From Somniosus microcephalus (taxonomy: Eukaryota), in the NCBI GenBank assembly GCA_052327205.1, contig CM126206.1:8680001-8744000 (forward strand): a DNA stretch of 64,000 nt, written 5' to 3'. The notes under the pieces were generated by a model, which searched no databases, was not told where the DNA came from, and saw nothing but the letters and a program-made list of their open reading frames with translations. Shown here in pieces: positions 26,838-38,709 of the stretch (position 1 is the stretch's first letter; the number at the start of each line of letters is the position of its first letter). The position numbers and the translations under genes are program-made.

Positions 26838-27472
26838 ACTGTGGCTACAAGAGCAGGCCAGAGGCTGGGAATTCTGCGGCGAGTGTCTCACCTCCTGACT
26901 CCCCAAAGCCTTTCCACCATCTACAAGGCACAAGTCAGGAGTGTGATGGAATACTCTCCACTTGCCTGGATGAGTGCAGCTCCAACAACACTCAAGAAGC
27001 TCGACACCATTCAGGATAAAGCAGCCCATTTGATTGGCACCCCATCCACCACCTTCAACATTCACTCCCTCCACCACCGGCGCACTATGGCTGCAGTGTG
27101 TACCATCTACAAGATGCACTGCAGCAACTCGCCAAAGCTCCTTCAACAGCACCTTCCAAACCCGCGACCTCTACCACTTAGAAGGACAAGGGCAGCAGAC
27201 GCATGGGAACATCACCACCTACAAGTTCCCCTCCAAGCCACACACCATCCTGACTTGGACCTGTATCGCCGTTCCTTCACTGTCGCTGGGCCAAACTCCT
27301 GGAACTCCCTTCCTAACAGCATTGTGGGTGTACCTACACCATATGGACTGCAGCGGTTCAAGAAGGCGGCTCACCACCATCTTCTCAAGGGCAATTAGGG
27401 ATGGGCACTAAATGCAGGCCTAGCCAGCCAGTGACGCCCACATCCCATCAATGAATAAAAAAAAATTTTTTT
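26838..27472 (+). mobile_element. LINE 3' fragment inserted in the CR1
   Basis: TVATRAGQRLGILRRVSHLL...AAHHHLLKGN, tail gacgcccacatccc...aataaaaaa; the CR1 resumes colinearly, with aaat at both junctions. Confidence 0.85.
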
Positions 27473-27903
27473 AAATGCGCTACCCTCATCAACCCTCCTT
27501 GTTACCTCCTCAAAAAATTCAATCAAGTTAGTCAGACACGAACTCCCCTTAAATCCGTGCTGACGGTCCCTGATTAATCCGTGTCTTTCTAAATGAAGAT
27601 TTATCCTGTCCTTCAGAATTGTTCCCAATAATTTTCCCAGCACCGAGGTTAGGCTGACTGGCCTGTAATTACTCGGTCTATCCCGTTCTCCCTTTTTAAA
27701 CAACAGTAGAATGTTAGCAGTCCTCCGGCACCACACCTGAAGCCAGTGAGGATTGGAAAATGATGGCCAGAGCCTCTGCTATTTCCTTTCTTGCTTCTTT
27801 TAACAGCCTGGGATACATTTCATCCGGGCCTGGGGATTTATCCACTTTCAAAGATGCTAATCCCCTTAATACTTCCTCTCTCACTATGCTTATTTCATCT
27901 ATT

Positions 27904-29449
27904 GGCCCAGAAATTCCGTTGGCAGCCCTCCCGTGGGCGAAGGGCTGTGATTTGGAAAAATCTGCGCCTGGACCGGAGGCTCCCGGGAGGTGCAGAGTTC
28001 TGTTGCTGGGCCTCTTCAAACTGCCGGTGTGCAGGGCCCGCGTATCCCAGGGGCGCAGGCGGTTCGCAGCATCCCTGGGATCACGTGGGTCATGGGGAGC
28101 CAATCAGAGCAGGGAATCTCCATTCATCGATCTGACAGGAAGACCTGTCAAATATGTGAATAGAGATCAGCCCCAAAACATAACTAAAACTTCAAATACA
28201 TTTTTTAAAAAACATCACATTTTTATAAAATGACTATAAATTACATAAATTAACTATTTTAAACAAAAATTAAAATTTTTGAAAAAAATAATTAAAGTTT
28301 TTAACGGGGCTATAAATAAACTTACATTTCTTTAAAGTATTTTAAAATGATAAATCAGTGGAAAAAAATTTTTTTATTTTTTTTTTTAGTTTCTTCAACT
28401 GTTAGCCTGGTAAAAGCAGGCCTTGCGCCGAGGAGCTGCCGGCTGTACGCCTGCTTTTCCAGACGCAGCAGTTTCCGACTTACGTGGACTGAAGCAACAG
28501 TGAATAAAAACAGAAGTTCCAGCCGTCCGCGCTGCCTCTCCGGCGCAGGCGTTTGACCTGTCGAGCCCTTTCTTCACAGAACGGAAGTTCCAGCCGTCCG
28601 CGCTGCCTCTCCGGCGCAGGCGTTTGACCTGTCGAGCCCTTTCTTCACAGAACGGAAGTTCCAGCCGTACGCGCTGCCTCTCCGGCGCAGGCGTTTGTCC
28701 TGTCGAGCCCTTTCTTCACAGAACGGAAGTTCCAGCCGTACGCGCTGCCTCTCCGGCGCAGGCGTTTGACCTGTGGAGCCCTTCACAGAACGGAAGTTCC
28801 AGCTGTCCGTGCTGCCTCTCCGGCGCAGGCGTTTGACCTGTGGAGCCCTTCACAGAACGGAAGTTCCAGCTGTCCGTGCTGCCTCTCCGGCGCAGGCGTT
28901 TGACCTGTGGAGCCCTTCACAGAACGGAAGTTCCAGCTGTCCGTGCTGCCTCTCCGGCGCAGGCGTTTGACCTGTGGAGCCCTTCACAGAACGGAAGTTC
29001 CAGCTGTACGCGCTGCCTCTCCGGCGCAGGCGTTTGACCTGTGGAGCCCTTCACAGAACGGAAGTTCCAGCTGTCCGTGCTGCCTCTCCGGCGCAGGCGT
29101 TTGTCCTGTCGAGCCCTTTCTTCACAGAGCGGAAGTTCCAGCCGTACGCGCTGCCTCTCCGGCGCAGGCGTTTGACCTGTGGAGCCCTTCACAGAACGGA
29201 AGTTCCAGCTGTCCGTGCTGCCTCTCCGGCGCAGGCGTTTGACCTGTGGAGCCCTTCACAGAACGGAAGTTCCAGCTGTACGCGCTGCCTCTCCGGTGCA
29301 GGCGTTTGTCCTGTCGAGCCCTTTCTTCACAGAACAGAAGTTCCGGTTTCCAGCGCACGCGCAGTGCATGCCTAAAACCGGCACTTCCGTTGGCCCTACG
29401 GGTGGGTACACAGCGCGTACACACCCGTAGGGAACGGAATTTATGGCCC
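27904..29449. mobile_element. Non-autonomous TIR DNA transposon (MITE, possibly PIF/Harbinger-type) inserted in the CR1
   Basis: Ends ggcccagaaattccgtt and aacggaatttatggccc form a 17-bp inverted repeat with 2 mismatches; flanks ATT/AAT; the CR1 is colinear across it. Confidence 0.75.
28505..29345. repeat. 67/71-bp CpG-rich tandem repeat, about 12 copies, inside the MITE
   Basis: Unit tcacagaacggaagttccagctgtccgtgctgcctctccggcgcaggcgtttgacctgtggagccct. Confidence 0.93.
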
Positions 29450-32079
29450 AATATCTCTCACTCCTCCTCCCTGATTGCAATGTCTGCATCATCCCTCTCT
29501 TTTGTGAAAACAGATGCAAAATATTCATTAAGGACCAGACCCACGTCTTCTGCCTCCACACAGATTACCTTCATGGTCTCTAATGGGCCCTACTCTTTTC
29601 TTTAGTTATCCTCTTGCTCCTAATGTATTTATAAAACATCTTTGGGTTTTCCTTGATTTTACCTGCCAACATTTTTTCATGCCCCCTCTTTGCTTTCCTG
29701 ATTTCCTTTTTAATTTCACCCCTGCACTTTCTCTACTCCTCTAGGGTTTCGATGATATTGAACCCTCGGTATCTGTCATAAGCCTCTCTTTTTTTCTTTA
29801 TCCTTCCCTGTATGCCCCTTGACATCCAGGGAGCTCTAGATTTGTCACTCCCACCCTTTTTCTTTAAGGGAACATACTTGCACTGAACCCTCACTATCTC
29901 CTTGAATGCCTCCCACTGCTCCGACACTGATTTACCTTCAAGTAGCTGCTTCCAATTCACTTTGGCTAAATCACATCTCGGCTTAGTATAATTGGCTTTT
30001 CCCCAATTGAGAACTTTTATTCCTGGTCTATCTTTGTCCTTTTCCATAACTACGCTAAATCTATCTGAATTATGATCACGACCCCCAAAATGCTCTCTCA
30101 CTGATACACCTTCTACCTGCTCAGCTTCATTCCCTAAAACTAAGCCCAGAACTGCCCCCTCCCTTGTTGGGCTTGCCACATACTGACCAAAAAAAGTTCT
30201 CCTGAATGCATTTTAGGAATTCCGTGCCCTCTATACCCTTCACACTAATTCTATCCCAGTTAATATTAGGGTAGTTGAAATCCCCTACTATTACTACCCT
30301 ATTGTTTTTGCACTTTTCAGAAATTTGCCTACATATTTGCTCTTCTATCTCCCTCTGACTGGGGGTCTAGAGTACACTCCCAGCCGTGTGATTGCCCCTT
30401 TTTTATTCTTCAGTTCAACCTGTATGGCCTCATTTGATGATCCTTCTAAGATATCATCCCTCCTCACAGCTGTGATTGTTTCTTTACTGCGACCCCCCCC
30501 TCCTTTTTTAACCCCCTCTATCCCATCTGAAACAGGAATGTTGAGCTGCTATTCCTGCCCTTTCAGCCATGTCTCAGTAATAGCTATAATATCATACTCC
30601 CACATGTCTATCTGTGCCCTCAGCTCATCTGCCTTATTCCCTATACTCCTTGCATTAAAATATATACCCTTTAGCATTGCCAAACTGCCTTGTTGTCTAT
30701 TTTCTAGCCTTTGTTTCCTCTGCCTTCCAAACTCACTCACTAATTTTCTGCCTTCCATTTCCAGCTTGGCTTCTCTCCCTTCTGACAATACTCTGTTTCC
30801 CATCCCCCTGCCAAGCTAGTTTAAACCCTCCCCAACACAACCAGCAAACCCCGCCATGAGGATATTGGTCCCGGCTCTGTTGAGGTGCAACCTGTCCGGC
30901 TTGTACAGGTCCCACCTCCTCCAGAAACAGTCCCAATGCCTCAAGAATCTAAAGTCCACCCTCCTGTACCATCTCTGCAGCCACGCATTCATCCGCTCTA
31001 TCCTCTTATTTCTGTACTCGCTAACGCGTGGCACCGGTAGTAATCCGGAGATTACTGCCTTTGAGGTCGTGCTTTTTAATCTCCCTCCTAGCTCCCTAAA
31101 ATCTGCCTGCAGGACCTCATCCCTCTTTCTTCCTATGTCGTTGGTACCAATGTGGACAACGACCTCTGGCTGTTCACCCTCCCCCCTCAGTGTCCTGCAG
31201 CCGTTCAGTGACATCCTTGACCCTGGCACCAGGGAGGCAACATACCATCCTGGAGTCATGTCTGCGGCCACAGAAACGCCTGTCTGTTCCCCTAACTATC
31301 GAATCCCCTACCACTATTGCCCTTCAACTCTTCTTCCTCCCCCCTCTGTGCAGCTGAGCCGCCCATGGCGCCATGAACTTGGCTCTGGCTGCTCTCGCCA
31401 GAGGAACCATCGCCCTCACCAGTATCCAGAACTGAAAACCGATTTGTGAGCGAGATGCACTCTGGGGACTCCTGCCCTACCTGCCTGGTCCTCCTACTCT
31501 GTCTGGCGGTCACCCGTTCCCTCTCTGCCTGCACAGTCTTAAGCTGCGGGGTGACCACATCCTGAAACGTGCTATCCACTAATTCCTCCGCCTCGTGGAT
31601 GCACTGCAGTGACTGCAGCCGCCGCTCAAGCTCCGTAACCCGGTGTTCGAGTTGCTGTAGCTGGTGACACTTCCCGCACACATGGTCGTCCAGACCACGC
31701 GAAGCATCCAGGACTTCCCACATGGCACAGGATGTGCATTCCACAGGACAGCTGCACTGCCCTGCCTCTATTTAATAGACTATTAACTAACTTAGCAGAA
31801 ATAAATTTAAACTTTAAACAAAAACAGTCACTAGCTACTCACCAATCAGCTCTATTTAATAGAGTAAGGTCTGTAATTTAGCCCACAAGTCCGAGTTTAA
31901 CTTTAACTAATATTCTTATTTTTAATTCATTTACTGTTTTACTTAGCACGATAGAAATTTTTAATTTCTGGCTCTTAGTTAAACCAATGCACTAGGGAAA
32001 GAGAAATACTCACCAACCAATCACTTACCTGCTTTCCTGTGATGTCACACTTCGATATTTTTTTCTTTCTCCGGTTGCG

Positions 32080-32740
32080 CCCAGGTCCACAGCCTCTGCG
32101 CTCTCCTCTCCTCTGCCGCGCTCTTTCTCTCGCTCTCGCTCCCAGCTCAGGCCCGCAGCCTCTGCTCTCGCCTCTCCTCTGCCGCGCTCTTTCTCTCGCT
32201 CTCGCTCCCAGCTCAGGTCCGCAGCCTCTGCTCTCTCCTCTCCTCTCCTCTGCTGCGCTCTTTCTCTCGCTCTCGCTCCCAGCTCAGGTCCGCAGCCTCT
32301 CCTCTGCCGCGCTCTTTCTCTCGCTCTCGCTCCCAGCTCAGGTCCGCAGCCTCTGCTCTCTCCTCTCCTCTCCTCTGCTGCGCTCTTTCTCTCGCTCTCG
32401 CTCCCAGCTCAGGTCCGCAGCCTCTGCTCTCGCCTCTCCTCTGCCGCGCTCTTTCTCTCGCTCTCGCTCCCAGCTCAGGTCCGCAGCCTCTGCTCTCTCC
32501 TCTCCTCTCCTCTGCTGCGCTCTTTCGCTCTCGCTCCCAGCTCAGGTCCGCAGCCTCTCCTCTGCCGCGCTCTTTCTCTCGCTCTCGCTCCCAGCTCAGG
32601 TCCGCAGCCTCTGCTCTCTCCTCTCCTCTGCTGCGCTCTTTCTCTCGCTCTCGCTCCCAGCTCAGGTCCGCAGCCTCTCCTCTGCCGCGCTCTTTATCTC
32701 GCTCTCGCTCCCAGCCCAGGTCCGCAGCCTCTCCTCTCTC
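32080..32740. repeat. About 55-70-bp pyrimidine-rich tandem repeat, left part
   Basis: Core ctctcgctctcgctcccagctcaggtccgcagcctct; the same repeat resumes at 41050-41245. Confidence 0.9.
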
Positions 32741-33040
32741 CTGGGTGTCCTTGTGCACCAGTCGCTGAAGGTAAGCATGCAGGTGCAGCAGGCGGTTAAG
32801 AAGGCAAATGGTATGTTGGCCTTCGTAGCAAGATGGTTTGAGTACAGGAACAAGGATGTCTTGCTGCAGTTGTACAGGGCCTTGGTGAGACCACACCTCG
32901 AGTATTGTGTGCAGTTTTGGTCGCCTTATCTGAGGAAGGATGTTCTTGCCATGGAAGAAGTGCAGCGAAGATTCACCAGGCTGATACCTGGGATGGCAGG
33001 AATGACGTATGAGGAGAGATTGGGTCGATTGGGCTTGTAC
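32741..33040 (+). mobile_element. Displaced CR1 RT fragment
   Basis: LGVLVHQSLKVSMQ...ERLGRLGLY, near-identical to about 40340-40640. Confidence 0.85.
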
Positions 33041-33687
33041 AAAAGTGGCAGTCAGAGAAATCAACGGTTTAAATCAAACGTGGCCACAGTAAATAATAAT
33101 TCTAATAGGTCTAAGAGCGTTAAAAAAAACAAGCCTGAAGGCTTTGTGTCTTAATGCGAGGAGCATTCGTAATAAGGTGGATGAATTGGCTGCGCAAATA
33201 GAGGTAAACGAATATGATTTGGTTGGGATTACGGAAACGTGGCTCAAGGATGGCCAAGGCTGGGAACTCAACATCCAGGGGTATTCGATATTCAGGAAAG
33301 ATAGGCAAAAAGGAAAGGGAGGTGGGGTAGCATTACTGGTTAAAGAAGGGATTAACACAATTGTAAGGAAGGATATTAGCTCTGATGATGTGGAATCTGT
33401 ATGGGTAGAATTGAGAAATACTAAAGGGCAGAAAACGTTAGTGGGAGTGGTATATAGACCTCCAAACAGTAAGGCGGAGGTTGGGGATGGCATTAAAAGG
33501 GAAATTAGAGAAGCGTGCAATAATGGCACAGCAGTCATCGTGGGTGACTTTAATCTACATATAGATTGGGCTAACCAAATTAGTAACAATACTGTGGCGG
33601 AGGAATTCCTGGAGTGTTTACGGGATGGTTTCCTGGACCAATATGTCGAGGAACCAACCAGAGATCAGGCCATCTTAAACTGGGTAT

Positions 33688-36600
33688 TGTGGTGTATGTA
33701 ACCTGTTCCACCTTAAGAGATGTACTACTTTCTCTGGCTGCTGTATACGTAATACCGGTGGCGACCACCAGTATATAAGCACTGTGTAGTAATATTGTAT
33801 TTAGTATAGTCCTGACCTCCAACCAGTAAAGACCTGTTGAACTTTAATCTTGTAGTCTGTGTTAGTAATTACAACTAGAACACACAGACTTAACAGTGGC
33901 GACGAGTCCGATTCTTACCCTGCGGCAGTTTATATCCACGGCGGCTTCGTCCACAGAACGGACGTCGAAGAGAGGCTTCCACCCTCATCACCCTGCTGGA
34001 AGACACGTCGCGCGGCAGACATCGAGAAACCAGAGTGCAGAAGACATCCTGAACTCGAAGCCTCCATCAGCGGCTGTCAGCTATCTTCTTTCTACCTCGG
34101 TGGTGGGTAAGCCGGGCAGCGACGCGACCAGAAAGTCGGCCGCGTTGGCTGTACAGACGGGGAGGGAAGACGGAGGAATAAGGGCGGTGAGATCGATCGC
34201 GACCGGAGATAAGGGCCGGGCCGCATTTGGGCCGAAAGGCGCAGCGCGGGGACATCGATCGCGGCTGGTGATAAGGGCCGGGCCGCATTCGGGCTAAAAA
34301 GGCGCAGCGTCTGGGGCAACTGAAGGCGCAAGAGCCGTGGTGAAGCGGAGACAGCGTCGGGGGACGGGTGAAGACCGCCAAGCGCGGGAAAACTGCCATT
34401 TTGTAGGCGGAGGACAAAGACAAGAGCGGGAAGCCGCCATCTTGGATAAAAATAAAAATAAATTAAATTGCAACGATGCCTAAACATGGGAACATTAATA
34501 CCTTTGATAGCGACATCGACGATTGGGCCATGTATGTAGAACGCATACAAAATTATTGTAAAGCAAATAAAATCCCAGATGAAGAGAAAGCACTAACATT
34601 ATTAAACTTAATGGGTGCAAAGACATACGGGCAATTGAAACACCTTTTATCACCAGATGAACCGGCGGATAAGACGTTCGAGGAGATTGTTACTGTCCTG
34701 AAAAATCATCTAAACCCCACGCCGCTGATGTTAGCGGAACGATTTAAATTTTACAGCAGAAGGCAGCTGAAGGATGAAAGCAATGCTGAATATTTAATGG
34801 AATTGCGTAAGCTAGCAAAGTACTGTCAGTTTGGAACGAGACTGACAGAGGCGCTACGAGATAAATTTGTGTGTGGTTTATTAAAAGAAGATACACAAAA
34901 GCGACTGCTCGAGAATGAGCTGACGCTTGAGAAAGCGGTCACTATGGCAGCAGCACAGGAAGCCGCAGCGAGAGGCACGGCAGTAATGCAGCTACAGTCA
35001 CCGGAACTCAGTACAAATAAATTGGGTTTGAGTACTGTAAAATGTTATCGTTGTGGAAAGACAACGCACGATCAGAACCAGTGTTGGTTTAAAAACCAAG
35101 AATGCAGAACGTGTGGCAGGCTTGGCCACATAGCTAAAGTATGCCGGTCAGGAAAGAAGACCAGCAACAAAAAGTCACCGCAAGGAAAATACATAAAGGT
35201 ACACAAGGTGACAAAGAACCGTTCGAACGAACAGAAGTCAGATTCAGACGCCAGCAGTAATGAACTGGGTAGCTTAAGAGTACACAACGTTGGTAAGGAT
35301 GCAGCTCTCCAGACAATTTGGGTCACCCTTCAGATAGCAGGAGTCCAAGTAAAGATGGAATTGGACACTGGATCGGCATTGACGGTCATGAATAAGAAAG
35401 ATTACAAAAGGTTATTCCAACATATTCCCCTACGGGATACGGAGATTATATTGAAAACATACACGGGGCAAAGAGTGTACCCCATCGGAAAGATAGAGGT
35501 AAAAGTGGTCCACAAGGGCGAAGAAAGCCAAGTAATGGACTTATATGTGCTACCTGAAGGAGGTCCACCACTACTGGGACGGGAGTGGATTAGGAAAATG
35601 AATATGGACTGGCACTCCTTGAAGGCACTAACGGTAGATTCCGGGGAAACAGATATCAAACCTAAACGATTGTCCAAAATATTGGATGATGCTAAAGAGG
35701 TGTTCCAGCAGGGACTGGGAACACTGAGAGGAATTACGGCAAACATCAAGATTGATGAACATGCACACCCAAAAATTTTTAAAGCCAGACCGGTACCCTA
35801 TGCAATACGACCTACTGGAGAAGCGGAACTGGAAGCGCTAGAACGTTCAGGTGTACTGTCTAAGGTAGATTGCAGTGAGTGGGCTACGCCCATTGTTCCC
35901 GTTATGAAACGTCCTTCGAACAACAAGCCAGGAGAACCAGGGAAGGTTCGCATCTGTGGAGATTTCAAAATCACTGTTAATCCGGTGCTTCACACGGTGC
36001 AGTATCCGCTTCCGCGGATTGAGGATATTTTTGCTTCGTTGTCTGGCGGGAAACACTTCACCAAGATAGACCTGGCGCAGGCGTACTTGCAGATGGAGGT
36101 TGAAGAAGAGTCACGCCAATACCTCACGATCAACACGCATCGAGGTTTGTACCGGTACAATAGGCTGGTTTTTGGAGTGGCATCGGCTCCAGCAATTTGG
36201 CAGAGGGCCATGGAGCAGGTATTACAGGGAATTCCAGGCACACAATGTTACCTGGACGATATTCTGATTACAGGTGATGGTGATGACACCTCGCAAACTT
36301 GGAACTGGTGCTCAACAGACTGAAAGAGTATGGACTTGGAGTTAATCGGCAGAAATGTGAGTTCTTTCAGAAGCGGATCTCGTACTGTGGTCATGTCATT
36401 GACCGGGAGGGGCTTCATAAGTCTCCTGACAAGATAGAGGCAGTTGTAAAGGCTCCCGCTCCGGATAATGTCTCTCAGTTGAGGTCGTTTCTAGGATTGA
36501 TTAACTATTACCATAAATTTCTACCAAATCTATCCACGGTACTGCACCCGCTAAACGCTCTTTTACAGAAGGGGGTACCATGGGAATGGAGCGAAAACTG

Positions 36601-38709
36601 TAAGAAGGCATTTCGCAAAAGCAAAGAATTGATCACCTCAGGAAGTGTTGGCTCACTTCAACCCGACACTGCCTATTCGGTTGGCTTGTGATGCTTCTCC
36701 ATATGGTATTGGGGCAGTACTCTCACACAAATTGCCAAATGGCACGGAAAGGCCAGTCGCGTTTGCATCCAGATCATTGACCTCCGCTGAGCGCAACTAT
36801 GCGCAGATCGATAGGGAGGCTCTCGGCCTTGTATGGGGAGTGAAGAAGTTTAATCATTACCTGCAGGGCCAAAAATTCACACTTCTGACAGACCATCAGC
36901 CGTTGGTATCCATTTTTAACCCTAAGAAGGGTGTTTCGGTGATGACAGCACAGAAACTCCAGAGATGGTCCCTTTTCCTAGGGGCACATCAATATCAAAT
37001 AGAATTCAAAGGTACAAAGCAGCATAGCAATGCTGATGGGCTGTCGCGCCTGCCACTACCTGAAGAAGAAGAGACGACGAAAGTTGACCCTGTTGAGTTA
37101 TTTCATTCGACCATCATCGAGTGTTTACCAGTCGCCAATGCAAGTATTGAAAGAGAAACCAGGAACGACCTGACACTGTCCAGAGTCTACGAGGTGACAG
37201 TGAAAGGATGGCCAACACGGGGTGATCCTCTGTTACCGGCATTCTCGGCAAGGCGAGACCAGCTGTCCGTCTGCCATGGTACTTTGATGTACGGGACAAG
37301 AGTGATTATTCCTCCCAAGTTAAGGGAAAGAGTTCTAAAGGAACTGCATGAAGGTCATCTGGGGGGAGTTAAGATGAAAAGTCTTGCTAGGGCTTATGTA
37401 TGGTGGCCGGGTATTGACCAACAGATAGAGGAGTTGACGAAAAGCTGCGCTGGGTGCCAAAAAGTGCAAAATGCACCTCCGATCGCACCGCTACACCCAT
37501 GGGAATGGCCTTCAGCCCCATGGCAACGCGTACATATTGACTTTGCTGGTCCATTCATGGACTCCATGTTCCTAATTGCGGTGGACGCACATTCCAAATG
37601 GCCAGAAGTGATCAAGATGAATACCACTACTTCAGAAAAGACAATTGCGGTGTTAAGAGCAATATTCGCAAGGAACGGATTGCCAGAACAGATATGTTCG
37701 GACAACGGACCACAGTTCGTGTCGGAAGAATTCCAAAAATTCTTAAAGAAGAATGGGGTGAAACATTATACCTCTGCCCCATATCATCCGGCGACAAACG
37801 GGTTGGCCGAGAGATTTGTCCAAACATTCAAAAAGGCAATAAAGGCCATGAACGATGATCAGATTCCGCTACAGCACAAGGTGGACAATTTCCTAATGGC
37901 ATATCGAAACGCCGCTCATGCAGTGACTAACCAAAGTCCTGCCATGATGTTTTATAACAGGAGGTTGCGGTCCAAGTTGGACTTGTTAAAACAAAATGTG
38001 CGGAGGGAAGTGGAAAACAAACAGTTCCGGCATATTAATAACAAGACCACTTGAAGTTTCGACGTAGGACAACCAGTGTTGGCAAGGGGCTATGGAAACG
38101 AAAAATGGCAGTCCGGAACAATTCGGGCCAAACAAGGACCTCTGATGTACACAGTAGATATTGGTAACAATGTGATAAGGCATCATGCGGATCAACTGGT
38201 AGAATCGAGAGCAAGGGTCGAACCCATGGTTGCGACAGAGACAACTGTGGAAGACGTTAATGAACCTGAAGCATCTACCTCGGCAGGGAATGTACCTGAT
38301 GATGATAACACCCAATGCATGGGAGACCAACTGGAGGAGTCACCTCAGCAACAGGAATCAGAGACCACTGAAAGGCGTTATCCAAACCGAATCAGAAGGC
38401 CTCCTGAGAGACTGAACCTTTGAACTGTTTATACCTGAAGTTATATATGTTATTATGTTATGTTAAATGGGGATATGACTGTTAAGCTAAAAAGGGAGGA
38501 TTGTGGCATATGTAACCTGTTCCACCTTAAGAGATGTACTACTTTCTCTGGCTGCTGTATACGTAATACCGGTGGTGACCACCGGTATATAAGCACTGTG
38601 TAGCAATATTGTACTTAGTATAGTCCTGACCTCCAACCAGTAAAGACCTGTTGAACTTTAATCTTGTAGTCTGTGTTAGTAATTACAACTAGAACACACA
38701 GACTTAACA
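33688..38709 (+). mobile_element. Full-length Ty3/Gypsy LTR retrotransposon (Mag-like)
   Basis: 208-bp LTRs at 33688-33895 and 38502-38709 (TGT...ACA); 5-bp TSD GGTAT; PBS TGGCGACGAG (complementary to the tRNA-Ser(GCU) 3' end); PPT aaaaagggagga. Confidence 0.96.
34476..38423 (+). pseudogene. Gypsy gag-pol polyprotein, disrupted
   Basis: Two CCHC knuckles; protease LDTGS; RT YLDD; RNase H LACDAS; integrase HIDFAGP...SDNG...AERF; frameshifts near 36288 and 36642 and an in-frame TGA at 38052. Confidence 0.93.

Larger units (their letters stand above)
25915..32075 (-). mobile_element. Near full-length degenerate CR1 (ORF1 and ORF2) carrying two insertions
   Basis: ORF1 CTSC...CGKC, VHIGTND and DRLHLN esterase motifs; APE YFNARS...ITETWL; RT FSKAFDKVPH, GVPQGSVLGP, FADNTK. 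Confidence 0.9.

Noticed and set aside
26223-27398. 391-aa ORF
   Set aside because: Chance fusion of antisense CR1 with an inserted LINE fragment.
32039-33154. 371-aa ORF
   Set aside because: Tandem-repeat translation fused to a CR1 fragment.
36280-36650. Programmed frameshifting in the Gypsy pol
   Set aside because: The shifts fall inside RT and the RT-RNase H connection with no slippery heptamer, so they are more likely inactivating indels.
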